From the NCBI GenBank assembly GCA_963740315.1, contig CAVUDP010000001.1, positions 544,001 through 608,000 of the forward strand: a stretch of DNA of 64,000 nt, given 5' to 3'. Positions 37,801 to 48,123 of the stretch are shown one piece after another (position 1 is the first letter of the stretch; every line of letters starts with the position of its first letter). Source of the stretch: an uncultured cyanobacterium. GTDB taxonomy: Bacteria; Cyanobacteriota; Cyanobacteriia; Cyanobacteriales; Nostocaceae. The position numbers and the translations under genes were made by a program. The notes beneath the pieces were generated by a model. The model was not told the DNA's origin. It did not search any database and saw only the letters and a program-made list of their open reading frames with translations.

Positions 37801-38289
37801 CTAACTTAAAGCGTTGATTGCGTAATCGATGTAGGTGTTGGCTTCGTTAGCAGCTTGACCGCTTAAACCGTGACTGTTTTTGATGTTCTTCAAAGCTTCT
37901 ACGTACCAGCTAGGAGACAATTCAAAAGAACGGTTGATTTCATCCAAACCTGCAATCAAGTACTCATCCATAGGACCTGTACCACCAGCTACCAAGCAGT
38001 AAGTTACCATGCGTAGGTAGTGACCTACGTCACGAGCGCACTTGGACTTACCACGAGAATCAGCAGCGTACTGAGGTCCCTGCATCTGAGTGGTGTAAGG
38101 ATATTTCTGATACACAGCTTGAGCCGCGCCATCAATCAACTGCTGAGCTTTGGAAGTCAAAGCGCGAGCAGCTTCCATGCTAGCAGCAGCGCGATCGAAA
38201 CGACCGTTAACAGCTTGCAATTCGGTGTTGCTTAAGAAGCGACCTTGGGTATCAGCAGATGCAATTGCTTCAGTAATTGGTGTTTTCAT
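37801..38289 (-). CDS. cpcA: C-phycocyanin alpha subunit
   Basis: [22 protein letters not shown] and YAINALS motifs. Confidence 0.98.
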   Translation of the reverse strand: MKTPITEAIASADTQGRFLSNTELQAVNGRFDRAAASMEAARALTSKAQQLIDGAAQAVYQKYPYTTQMQGPQYAADSRGKSKCARDVGHYLRMVTYCLVAGGTGPMDEYLIAGLDEINRSFELSPSWYVEALKNIKNSHGLSGQAANEANTYIDYAINALS

Positions 38290-38387
38290 GTCTTACAATC
38301 TCCTTTAATGTCTTGTTCTTTTTTTTGCCTGAATACCGATTTCTCGGTTCCGGGTTTCTTTACTCGTGAGATAACAGTATTTCGCTA

Positions 38388-38906
38388 TTACGCAACCGCA
38401 GCAGCAGCACGGTCAAAGTAACCACCCAATTCAGACATCAATTGGCTGCAATCACCCTTGGTGATACCGTTGGGATCGTTAGCCATCTTGATAGCAGTAT
38501 CCTTCATTTTCTGAACGCCAACTGCTACGGAAGAACCGGGAGTACCCAAAGCTTGGTAAGTTTCGCGCAAACCATTCAAGCAGCGATCGTCTAATACACT
38601 TGCGTCACCAGCCAACATAGCGTAGGTAACATAGCGCAAGATGATTTCCATATCGCGCAAGCAAGCAGCCATACGACGGTTGGTGTAAGCGTTACCACCA
38701 GGAGCAATTAACTGGGGCTGCTCTTCAAACAATGAACGAGCCGCATCGGTAACGATTTGAGAAGCATTGCTGGTGATGCGGTTTACGGTATCCAAACGAG
38801 AATTCTTATCCTTAATCATGTTGCTTAGAGCATCTAGTTGCTCTGAGCTTAAGAATTCACCTCTGGAGTCAGCTTGGGAAACTACCTTAGCGAATGCGTC
38901 TAACAT
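38388..38906 (-). CDS. cpcB: C-phycocyanin beta subunit
   Basis: [23 protein letters not shown] and GDCS motifs. Confidence 0.98.
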   Translation of the reverse strand: MLDAFAKVVSQADSRGEFLSSEQLDALSNMIKDKNSRLDTVNRITSNASQIVTDAARSLFEEQPQLIAPGGNAYTNRRMAACLRDMEIILRYVTYAMLAGDASVLDDRCLNGLRETYQALGTPGSSVAVGVQKMKDTAIKMANDPNGITKGDCSQLMSELGGYFDRAAAAVA

Positions 38907-39542
38907 CGACTTTTCTCCTGATTGCTTAGTTTTTAAGTATTGCCTTGATTAAAAATGGCAGCGTTTTATCAACGGACGGGATATAACAGATGTTGTTTAA
39001 ACTGCCTTTTTATTTTTCTCAATTTCTTCATTCGGGAAAATCGAATTAGAAATATGAGAATCTTGGCTTATTTTATGAGAAACTGACAACCTTTACAAAC
39101 TGATTGTCTTTTTTAACTTTTGCCTGTTATTTACCCCTCCAAATTATGTTTATACACTGCTATCAGTGCAGAATTTATTACAAAATGTTAATAAATGCGA
39201 TCCTGCAATAAGAAATACCGCAAATCCTTTACATATAAGAACTTTGCCTTAAAAAATGGTTTTTTTTCTGTTACAAAACTTTGCCTATTACCCAAAAAAC
39301 ACGAAATAGTTACGTTTTAAGCTTTTCTTAACTATCTTAGAACCCCATATTTCACAGGTATTTGAGTACCATGATACAATCCAAGCCAACAAATCATCCT
39401 TAATAGTTGTTAACAAAATCTGGGCATTTGCCAAATGTAAATTTTTGAAAACTTTTTGATGGCAATGAAGTAAAGAAAATCCCGAAAAGCCTGTAAATAA
39501 AGGAAATTAGGAAAAAGTTCCCAGCGAACAGTTCCTGGAGGC

Positions 39543-39812
39543 GGGGATGGGGAGATGGGGAGAGGGGGAGATGGGGAGATGGGGAGAGGGGGAGAGGGGG
39601 AGATGGGGAGATGGGGAGATGGGGAGATGGGGAGAGGGGGAGATGGGGAGATGGGGAGATGGGGAGAGGGGGAGATGGGGAGATGGGGAGATGGGGAGAT
39701 GGGGAAGAGAGGGAAGAAATAAAAGCTGGTAACTGGTAACTGGTAACTGGTAACTGGTAACTGGTAACTGGTAACTGTTAACTGGTAACTGATAACTGGT
39801 AACTGTTAACTG
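39543..39812. repeat. Tandem tracts (GGGGAGA[T/G])n, about 20 copies, and (CTGGTAA)n, about 12 copies
   Basis: Seen directly at 39543-39705 and 39726-39812. Confidence 0.92.
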
Positions 39813-40312
39813 TCTACCGCTGCTGAAATTCGAGATCGTACAACTTTGTCAGATTCTTGTTTTAGTGCTTGGTGTAAAGCGATATTGGCATCAGGGGTAG
39901 CAATTTCTTGTAAAGCAACCGCAGCGGCATAACGTAAACCCCAATCTTCGGGGTTGAGTAGCGCCCAAATCAGTTTTTGCTCCGCGTGGTGGATAATTTG
40001 CGGGTTATTTGAAGTGCTGCCAATGCGCCCAAGTCCCCTTGCTGCGATGCGACGGACGTTTCCTTGGCAATGATTGGCAACTTCGGTACCTACAACTTCA
40101 GCTAATAAATCAAGAGCTTCTGGATTTCCAATTCGAGCCAATGTCTGAACAATATAAGCCTGTATGTTTTGGTCGGTAGAATCATAAAAAGCATCAATCA
40201 AAGGTTGTACCGTTTTAGGTGCAGACTCAACCAAAGCCTCAACCGCAGCAGCACTGACACGAGGATTGTAATGTTTTAAAGAATCAATGAAAGCATTTAT
40301 TGCAAAAACCAT
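39806..40312 (-). CDS. pecF: Phycoviolobilin lyase-isomerase subunit PecF
   Basis: NHCQGNVRR isomerase motif and EDWGLRYAA; follows pecE. Confidence 0.92.
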   Translation of the reverse strand: MVFAINAFIDSLKHYNPRVSAAAVEALVESAPKTVQPLIDAFYDSTDQNIQAYIVQTLARIGNPEALDLLAEVVGTEVANHCQGNVRRIAARGLGRIGSTSNNPQIIHHAEQKLIWALLNPEDWGLRYAAAVALQEIATPDANIALHQALKQESDKVVRSRISAAVDS

Positions 40313-40646
40313 AGGAATTTTAGATTTTAGATTTTGGATTTTAACAACGGATGTTTTTAACAACGGATGCGTTTGTTTTGTTTTAGATTAAAATTTTTTA
40401 TGGAGCTAGAGTTATGAGTAATTAAGGTCTGCATGTTAAAGGTTAAAGGTCTGCATGTTAAAATTCCCCTTGTCTCCCCATCCCCCCCGCTCGCCGCACG
40501 CTCCGCGTGTTCAGCGCGGCACGACTCGTTAGAGTAACGGGTTGCGCCACTTCTCTCAACGGTCGTGTTCCTCCGCACGTTTTGGGCTTACCATCTCCCC
40601 ATCTCCCCCCTCTACCCCCTCTCCCCCCTCTACCCCCATCCCCCAT

Positions 40647-41405
40647 TCAAAGCTGCATTAATAAATCATCAATTGCTTGAAAAATTAATTGAGATGTTTC
40701 TTTTTCTGGGGTATCGTTATCTAATACAGTTTCTAAAATTCGCTTCAAATTTAACAGCTTCAAACTCGACGGAACTGTAGCTGTGAGGATGGCTTCTACT
40801 GCTTGACGATGTGCAACCGCGCCTAAATCGAAAACGGCTGCCCAACGCACGTACATATTTTCATGGTTGAGATATTTTAGAATGCGATCGAGGTATTGCG
40901 GTTGTTGAGTTAAAACATAAAAATATCGGGCTGCGGCACATTGAATTCTTTCGTTCGTATGATTTAAATAAGGTTCAACTAAATAACGGGCTGCATCAAC
41001 TTTTAAAGTTGCAAATGCTTCAATCAAAGCTTCGTATGGCTGCTGGCGATCGCATTGCATCATCTTCAATAAAGGATCGATAGCTTTGCGATCGCCAATA
41101 GCAGCTAAAGCTTGAATTGCTGCTTCTCGCAAACGAAAATCTTCGCATTCGCAAGCTTTAATTAATGCTTCAACAGCAGATCGATTCTTTAATTCTCCTA
41201 ATGCGCGTGCAGCTTGACGGCGTAGAGGATATCCACCCGACGGAATGCGATAGGCTTCATCAAACAAAGCTTCACATAACGCCGCACAACTTTCTTGCAC
41301 TCGATGCTTTCCCAACCACCAAGCAGCATAATAGCGGATTTGATTATCTTCACTTTGCAAAGCTGCTTCCGCCGCCGGAGCAGAAAAAATTTGTTCGTTC
41401 ATCAA
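40647..41405 (-). CDS. pecE: Phycoerythrocyanin lyase subunit PecE
   Basis: IRYYAAWWLG and GGYPLRRQAARALG motifs; position after pecC. Confidence 0.92.
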   Translation of the reverse strand: MMNEQIFSAPAAEAALQSEDNQIRYYAAWWLGKHRVQESCAALCEALFDEAYRIPSGGYPLRRQAARALGELKNRSAVEALIKACECEDFRLREAAIQALAAIGDRKAIDPLLKMMQCDRQQPYEALIEAFATLKVDAARYLVEPYLNHTNERIQCAAARYFYVLTQQPQYLDRILKYLNHENMYVRWAAVFDLGAVAHRQAVEAILTATVPSSLKLLNLKRILETVLDNDTPEKETSQLIFQAIDDLLMQL

Positions 41406-41601
41406 GGAATTTTGGATTTTAGATTTTAGATTTTGGATTGCGAAAGTGAGGAGTGAGGAGTGAGGAGTGAGGAGTGAGGAGTTAATAAAGTTAAAGTTTC
41501 ACTTTGTCCCCTTGTCACCTTGTCTCCCCATCTCCCCATCTCCCCATCCCCCCATCCCCCCATCTCCCCCATCCCCCCATCCCCCCATCTCCCCATCCCT
41601 T

Positions 41602-42438
41602 CTAAGCTGGTGTAATTTTCGTAATCTTACCGCCGCGTTTGTGAATTTCTTGGTATGTGTCTGAGAGACGGCTGTAAGGTACGGTGTAAACTTGTCTGGT
41701 GCGACGCACGGCTACGTTGGTATTACGGGTACCTGCGATCGCTTCAATCAAAAACATTCGATTATCTCCTCGTGGTGCGGAACTAATTAATGTTGGTGCT
41801 GTTGATGTAAAGCTTGAGGCAGGGGAGGTTGGCGGTATAATCATGTTTGCTTGGTTTTTGGAAATTTGTCCCCGCAAACGCGAATTTTTACCGCCGTATT
41901 GAGCGTTATCGCTGTTACCAAAGCCTCTGTGTAATGCAAATATCCGGTTATACCCTACGGTTTTCATGCCGGGGATTGAGCTAAATCCACGCAAATAAGG
42001 AACGGTATAGCTACCGAAGGCGCTTTCGTATTCGGAACTATAAAGGTAGGATTCAATTTCTGCATCATAACCACTAGCAGCGTAGAGGTCTGTATGATAG
42101 GCTATTTCTGATTGCTCGTAAGGCGCACGTCCGAGTAAGTGCTTGTAATTTAATTCAATAAACCGGATTTGGGAGTTACTTTGAAAAAAGCTTTCTTTGT
42201 AGAAATCAGATTTTGCTAAGGTTTCTACAAATTGCCGCACGTCAATTTTACCGTTACGTAATAAAGACTCGGCGCTAGTAAATTTTTCGCTGGCATATAT
42301 TCCTTGACGACCAAAAATGTGGTTGTAAGCTGCTCTAAATACCAACTGTAAATCGTCTTCGCTCCAATTTTGACGCAGTTCTACTTTATTACCAACTACG
42401 TCTCTAATTGCTAATCTTTCAGAAACTGAACTAGTCAT
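41602..42438 (-). CDS. pecC: Phycoerythrocyanin rod linker PecC
   Basis: [23 protein letters not shown], linker domain and CpcD-like C-terminus. Confidence 0.93.
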   Translation of the reverse strand: MTSSVSERLAIRDVVGNKVELRQNWSEDDLQLVFRAAYNHIFGRQGIYASEKFTSAESLLRNGKIDVRQFVETLAKSDFYKESFFQSNSQIRFIELNYKHLLGRAPYEQSEIAYHTDLYAASGYDAEIESYLYSSEYESAFGSYTVPYLRGFSSIPGMKTVGYNRIFALHRGFGNSDNAQYGGKNSRLRGQISKNQANMIIPPTSPASSFTSTAPTLISSAPRGDNRMFLIEAIAGTRNTNVAVRRTRQVYTVPYSRLSDTYQEIHKRGGKITKITPA

Positions 42439-42597
42439 ATGTACAATTTTTCCTTTGATTACAGGTTTGTTAATTCAAAATGCAAATAAACCCGGAATAT
42501 CGGGAATAATCAAGCAATATTCGCTTTTTTACTCTCGAATCAACCGGGTTTTTAACGCTTCACGAACAAGGTTTAGGGATAAATAAGCAGGGCTGTC

Positions 42598-43086
42598 TTA
42601 ACTTAATGCATTGATTGCATAGTTGAGATAAATGTTGGCTTCTCCGGCTACATCTCCGCTCAAGCCATGATTGTCGCGGACAAATTCTAAGGCTGCTACA
42701 TACCAGCTAGGAGATAAACCTAGAGCGGCATTGAGTTCGCTTAATCCAGCAACAACATATTCATCTAAAGGACCTGTACCGCCAACTACACAGCAATAGC
42801 TGATAGTGCGTAAGTAATGGTCAATATCGCGCACGCATTTAGTTTTACCTTCGTTGGTAGAAGCATATTGCGGTCCCTGCATTTGAGTGGTGTAGGGAAA
42901 TTTTTGATATACGTGATTTGCTGCTGCTTCTGACCATTTTTGACCATTTTGGGAAAATGCTTTTGCTGCTTCTAAACCTGCTTTAGCGCGGTTGAAGCGT
43001 CCGAAAACAGCCTGCATTTCGGTGTTGCTTAAGTAAGAACCGCGCACGTCTGCGGTTGATATTGCTTCGGTCAAAGGTGTTTTCAT
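42598..43086 (-). CDS. pecA: Phycoerythrocyanin alpha subunit
   Basis: [26 protein letters not shown] motifs. Confidence 0.96.
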   Translation of the reverse strand: MKTPLTEAISTADVRGSYLSNTEMQAVFGRFNRAKAGLEAAKAFSQNGQKWSEAAANHVYQKFPYTTQMQGPQYASTNEGKTKCVRDIDHYLRTISYCCVVGGTGPLDEYVVAGLSELNAALGLSPSWYVAALEFVRDNHGLSGDVAGEANIYLNYAINALS

Positions 43087-43221
43087 TATTCTCGATTTTC
43101 CTTTATTTGCTTACAGTTTGTTAAATAATCCGGCGTGCCTTCTTGGTTACACGCTGCTGTCATTTGCAGTTACAAATGATAAAAAACTACTCTCACTTCA
43201 AGGGCGATTCAGAGTGTTGAA

Positions 43222-43740
43222 TTAAACTACAGCAGAAGCAGCACGGTCAAAGTAGCTTCCTACTTCAGACATTAATTGACTGCAATCACCTTTGGTAATC
43301 TTGTTGGAATCGTTCGCAATTTGCATCGCAGCATCTTTCATTTTTTGAATTCCAGAAGCTACAGCATCGCCGGGAGTACCTAAAGCCTGATAGGTTTCTC
43401 TCAAACCGTTTAAACAGCGATCGTCCATTGCGCTTGTATCTCCGGAAAGTACGGAATAGGTAACGTACCGTAGGATAAATCCCATGTCGCGGATGCAAGC
43501 GGCTTGATTGCGGTTGTGGAAGCAAGCACCACCAGCGTTAAACACTTGCGGACGTTCTGCAACTAAACCGCGATAAGCGTTGGCAACAATCGAAGAAGCG
43601 TTGCTGCTAAGTCTATTTACTACATCTAAACGCTTATTGCTATCAGCAACCATTGCTGATAATCCATTGATTTCGTCGTCGCCGAGGTATGCACCTTTTT
43701 TATCAGCTTGTTCAACAACTTTAGAAAAAGCATCAAGCAT
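43222..43740 (-). CDS. pecB: Phycoerythrocyanin beta subunit
   Basis: [12 protein letters not shown] and [13 protein letters not shown] motifs. Confidence 0.96.
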   Translation of the reverse strand: MLDAFSKVVEQADKKGAYLGDDEINGLSAMVADSNKRLDVVNRLSSNASSIVANAYRGLVAERPQVFNAGGACFHNRNQAACIRDMGFILRYVTYSVLSGDTSAMDDRCLNGLRETYQALGTPGDAVASGIQKMKDAAMQIANDSNKITKGDCSQLMSEVGSYFDRAASAVV

Positions 43741-44412
43741 TTTTTATTCTCTCCTTAATTTTATTTAGCTTTAAATTGGTTTGAAGCAGTTCAATCTTTC
43801 AACATAAATTAAGCCAGTTTCTAGTAACTTTTGCACGAGAAATAATATATAGGCGATCGCGTTGCCTGGTGCAAATAAGTAGTCTTATTGACTTTATTTT
43901 TTGCTTGATTTGTAATTGCTTTTAAAACCTTGTCTGTATTGTATATATCGGTTGAGCTTTTTTATTGTTAAGTTTTTTTACGAAAAAAATATATCCATCT
44001 AATTGCTTCAAGCCTTCTATCTATAAGCTTTTCAACCGCTTATTTTCAATTATTGCTTTACATTCAGTTACTTTTCTTAATCCAGAGTTACATTTTGTAT
44101 TTTCCGAGCTTCTACAAGTAAAAACAAATATTGCAAAGTTGTTTAATTACGTAAATATAGCTATAAACACCCGTATATATGAGGTTATTTGCTTAGCTAT
44201 ATGTATTTTAACGAACATATGCGTTAGGCAACTTCAGTGAAATTATATGGTTAACGCTTCTCTATGCAAATATCCCGCGAAATTGTTGCTATCACCGGAA
44301 TTATTGCTTCAAATTTAAATCAATACAATGTTTCAACATTAATTTATTTGTGTAAAGATGAATGACAAAATTTATAAATAGGATTTGTAATTTCTATTTT
44401 TAAGAAAACTGC

Positions 44413-45342
44413 TTAACGTCTTCTTAAAACTTGTAATAAAGTTGAAAATACTTGCGGAAGAGGTGCAACAACTTCAACTAATTCGTGTTTTACAGGATGC
44501 TGTAACTGAAGTTTCCAAGCGTGTAAAGCTTGTCCGGGTAAATTCACTCCTACCGAACGACCGGAACTATAAACAGAATCTCCGACAATTGGATGACCAA
44601 TTTCAGCACTGTGGACGCGAATTTGATGGGTACGTCCGGTTTCTAACTGAAAGTGCATTAATGTATAGTTTCCCAAACGTTCTTTAATTTGCCAATGAGT
44701 GACGGCTTCTCTTCCACCATTTTCTACAGCAACAACCGCCATTTTTTTACGTTCTTTAGGATGACGACCTATAGGTAAATTTATGGTACCGTTGGCTTGT
44801 TTAGTAGTGCCGTAGACTACACCAAGGTATTCTCGTCGTGCGGTTTTAGCTTTGAGTTGGGCTTGTAAACTGTGATGGGCTACTTCAGTTTTAGCAATCG
44901 CGATCGCACCCGTGGTATCTTTATCGAGTCTGTGAACGATTCCGGGACGTTGAACGCCACCAATTCCCGGTAAATTGGGACAATGGGCTAAGAGTGCATT
45001 AACTAAAGTACCATTGGGATGACCTGGTGCGGGATGAACGACTAAACCTGCTGGTTTATTCAAAATAAGTATTTGCTCGTCTTCGTACAAAATATCTAAA
45101 GGAATATCTTCCGGCTGCAAATCTAAAGGTTCGGGTTGCGGTATTTCTAAAACAATAAAATCCCCTTGTTTAATAGTTACTTTTTTCGATTTACAAACTT
45201 CGCCATTAAGCTGAACGTTTCCTTGTTCGATCAACTGTTGAATTCGCGATCGCGATAAATCTGGTATCTCTTGAGAAAGATAACTATCCAAACGCGAACT
45301 GTTTTTTTCTACTTCTAAAGATATTGATTGAGTTGATATCAT
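44413..45342 (-). CDS. rluD: RluA/RluD family pseudouridine synthase with S4 domain
   Basis: NKPAGLVVHP, VHRLDKDTTG, TGRTHQIRVH, GHPIVGD and QALHA motifs. Confidence 0.9.
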   Translation of the reverse strand: MISTQSISLEVEKNSSRLDSYLSQEIPDLSRSRIQQLIEQGNVQLNGEVCKSKKVTIKQGDFIVLEIPQPEPLDLQPEDIPLDILYEDEQILILNKPAGLVVHPAPGHPNGTLVNALLAHCPNLPGIGGVQRPGIVHRLDKDTTGAIAIAKTEVAHHSLQAQLKAKTARREYLGVVYGTTKQANGTINLPIGRHPKERKKMAVVAVENGGREAVTHWQIKERLGNYTLMHFQLETGRTHQIRVHSAEIGHPIVGDSVYSSGRSVGVNLPGQALHAWKLQLQHPVKHELVEVVAPLPQVFSTLLQVLRRR

Positions 45343-46042
45343 GTTTGGCAATTGGTAAAGCATTCTTAATTATGAATAAAAAATCTATAACTATCTCAAG
45401 CTTTTTGGGCATCTCTACTATTTATTCCCCAGCTTGGTAACAACTAGCAACTTAAATTTCGATGAAAAAGTTAGTATTGATACATCCTCCGATAAATCAA
45501 TCGTAGTTGATTAGATAGCAGTATAATTCTCTTTTCAGTTAAAATTCGGCTAAATTAGCTGATTTTATTTTTTTCTAACTAATATGTTAGTAGCTGTATG
45601 GGTAAGGCGAAACCATCTATAATGTTGTTATCAAATTACAGGAGCTAGGACAAAAATATCATGTATTATATGTAACAGCTTAGCCTGAAAAGTAAATAGG
45701 AAAACACTGAGTTTACGTGGTTTCATTTTTTTATTAAAAAATTATTTTTTTGTATGTAAATTTTTTAACCTTAGTGATAACATTAAATAACTAACGATGA
45801 ATTCTAACTGCATTGCTTCAGAATTTAACGATAATTCTGTTTCTATTAAAGATTCCCTATGCGACTCGGCTAAAAGTACCTTAAAAGTGTTCTAATATTT
45901 AAGTTAGTGAGGCTATAAGGAAGGCGTAGTTTGTGCTAGCAACTATCTAAAGAATTAAGTTGATTGTTTCTTAGACATTTTTGGCTTTTTTTTATTTAGT
46001 GAAAGTACTTTAGATATTAACTTGAAACCGAGTCCATTAGAT

Positions 46043-46855
46043 ATGCAAAGTAATCAATCATTTTCACAGCAATATTTATTGTTTGATTTTTACAACGAAT
46101 ATCAAACAGAAGATTATAGCGATACGGAAGAGGTAGACATTATTGAAGATTTGAACGATGACGATGATTGTTTTAATCAAAATTATGCCGAATTTAACAG
46201 TCAAAATCAAAGTTTAGATGATTCTATAAATGCATCCGAACCTTATGTTAATCCAAATTTTGACGATAATGGAGATAGCTTCCTAAGCACAACCATTAAT
46301 TACGCGGATTATGATGAAGAGGATAAATATTCAACGGTTGAAGATAACGAAATCCACTATCTCAATTTGATCAGGAAATCTGAAATAGCAGTGTCTCAAC
46401 GGAATGCCGTCTTAAATCAAAGTCAAAGTCAAAATCAAAATCAAAATTTAAGTCATCGTTACAGCGATTACGATCGAGAAGAGAACGTAAAAACCTACAC
46501 GATAGTTTGTATCGATGATAGTAAAGCGGTAGTAAAGGCGATCGAGATGTATTTGGATGATAAGATATTTTCTGTAATTGGCATTAACGATCCATTAAAA
46601 GCCTTGATGCAAGTTGTAAGATTAAAGCCAGATTTAATTTTATTAGACATAACGATGCCAACATTAGATGGATATGAATTATGTTCTTTATTGCGGAAAC
46701 ATTCTTCTTTAAAAAATACCCCAGTAGTTATGGTGACGGGGAAAAAAGGAATCATCGATAGAGTAAAAGCCAAAATGGTGAAAGCATCGGATTATCTGAC
46801 AAAACCTTTTAAACAAAAGGATTTACTAAAGATAGTTTTTAAATACATTGATTAA
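46043..46855 (+). CDS. PatA-type receiver protein with an acidic low-complexity N-terminus
   Basis: C-terminal REC domain (CIDDS, LILLD..MP.LDGYELC, YLTKPF). N-terminal ~150 aa is D/E/N/Q/S-rich. Confidence 0.85.
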   Translation: MQSNQSFSQQYLLFDFYNEYQTEDYSDTEEVDIIEDLNDDDDCFNQNYAEFNSQNQSLDDSINASEPYVNPNFDDNGDSFLSTTINYADYDEEDKYSTVEDNEIHYLNLIRKSEIAVSQRNAVLNQSQSQNQNQNLSHRYSDYDREENVKTYTIVCIDDSKAVVKAIEMYLDDKIFSVIGINDPLKALMQVVRLKPDLILLDITMPTLDGYELCSLLRKHSSLKNTPVVMVTGKKGIIDRVKAKMVKASDYLTKPFKQKDLLKIVFKYID

Positions 46856-46992
46856 CGATCGCGATTCGGGGATGCATTTATGTTGAATCCCAAAGCAATC
46901 TTGAATACGTAAAAAGGAATTCAGTAATTTTACTCAGGTGCGATCGCTTGATTGTTAAGTGTATAACAGTACTGATAATGTTATACAAATTT

Positions 46993-47640
46993 ATGAAAAG
47001 CATTTACTCGAATTTCTCTGTCAAAGCTGTAGCAAAAATTGTTAATTACAGACTTGCTTCTACCATTTCTCTGACGTTGTGCTTATCCTCACCATTAGCT
47101 AATATCGCCACAGCCGAGTCACAGATAGCGGATAATACCAATCAACAAGCAGCACAGAGCATCTCGAATGCAGTATCTACCTTAATTCAAGTATTGCGGA
47201 GTGAAAATATTGAAGCCAGAGTTAATGCTGCGCGTGCATTAGGTGGAATGGGTACGATCGCCAAAATAGCCGAACCTGCTTTGACAGTAGCGTTGTACGA
47301 TAAAGAGGCACGGGTACGTTACACTGCTGCAACCGCGATCGCAAATCTCGGTGGAGATACCTCCTCTGCTTTACCTCTATTGCACGAAGCCTTACAAAAT
47401 GAATCGAAGTGGATTCGTAGCGATGCTGCTTTTGCTTTGAGTAGCCTTGCGCTGAATATGCAAACAAAGGCGCGTCAGCTATCAGAAAAAGAATTGGATC
47501 GAGCTATTACCGATTTAGAGAAGACGGTGAAAGTTATGGAAGATTCGGAATTTGAAATTTCCTCGCAAGTGGTTAAATCGATTAATGATTCGGTGGATTC
47601 TTTGAAGAGAGAAAGAGAAAGGAAAGCGATGGGATTTTAA
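46993..47640 (+). CDS. HEAT-repeat protein with a probable signal sequence
   Basis: RVNAARALG, VRYTAATAIA and IRSDAAFAL repeats; hydrophobic N-terminal segment. Confidence 0.8.
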   Translation: MKSIYSNFSVKAVAKIVNYRLASTISLTLCLSSPLANIATAESQIADNTNQQAAQSISNAVSTLIQVLRSENIEARVNAARALGGMGTIAKIAEPALTVALYDKEARVRYTAATAIANLGGDTSSALPLLHEALQNESKWIRSDAAFALSSLALNMQTKARQLSEKELDRAITDLEKTVKVMEDSEFEISSQVVKSINDSVDSLKRERERKAMGF

Positions 47641-47772
47641 CAACGGATGCTTTTGTTTTGGATTTTGGATTAATTAGCCCTCACCCTCGATGGGTGGGGA
47701 ACTACAATTACGAAGCCCACGAAGGTGGGCTAATTTGAGCATATTTTGTTTGGAAAAGGTATATTTGATAAA

Positions 47773-48123
47773 TTATTTTTTGCGCTGTAGAAAGCGAATA
47801 AAACGAATAATTGCCCAGACAAAGATACTAGCAATTATACCGGCGAACAAACTGGATTTGAATGCTGTTGTTTGATAAAAGGGAATGTTTTCCTCTGGAG
47901 GTTTTTGAGCAAGAATTACGGCAGATGCTAGCTGACTAGTTGCCAATCCTACCCCTAAAATAGCTACGGTATTGTTGAGGTTACGGTCTTTTTTTTGCTT
48001 GCTCTATCTCTACCATACCGCGAATGGTAGAGGTAACGTTTTCTAAGATTGCCAATCCAGGATTTAAACCCAAATAATCTTTTTCTAACTGTATCTGGTA
48101 TTTATTTTTGACTATATGACTGA
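47773..48123 (-). pseudogene. 3' remnant of a two-TM (CorA-like C-terminus) membrane protein gene
   Basis: Reads SHIVKNKYQIQLEKDYLGLNPGLAILENVTSTIRGMVEIEQAK, then a frameshift at the 8-nt run 47989-47996, then DRNLNNTVAILGVGLATSQLAS...FVWAIIRFIRFLQRKK*. No start of its own. Confidence 0.7.

Noticed and set aside
39547..41664. ORFs MGRWGEGE... (39547-39732), 40458-40646 and 41467-41664
   Set aside because: Translations of tandem repeats.
43741..44412. CcaR G-box for chromatic control of pec genes
   Set aside because: No convincing match seen by eye and no ccaS/ccaR in the window.
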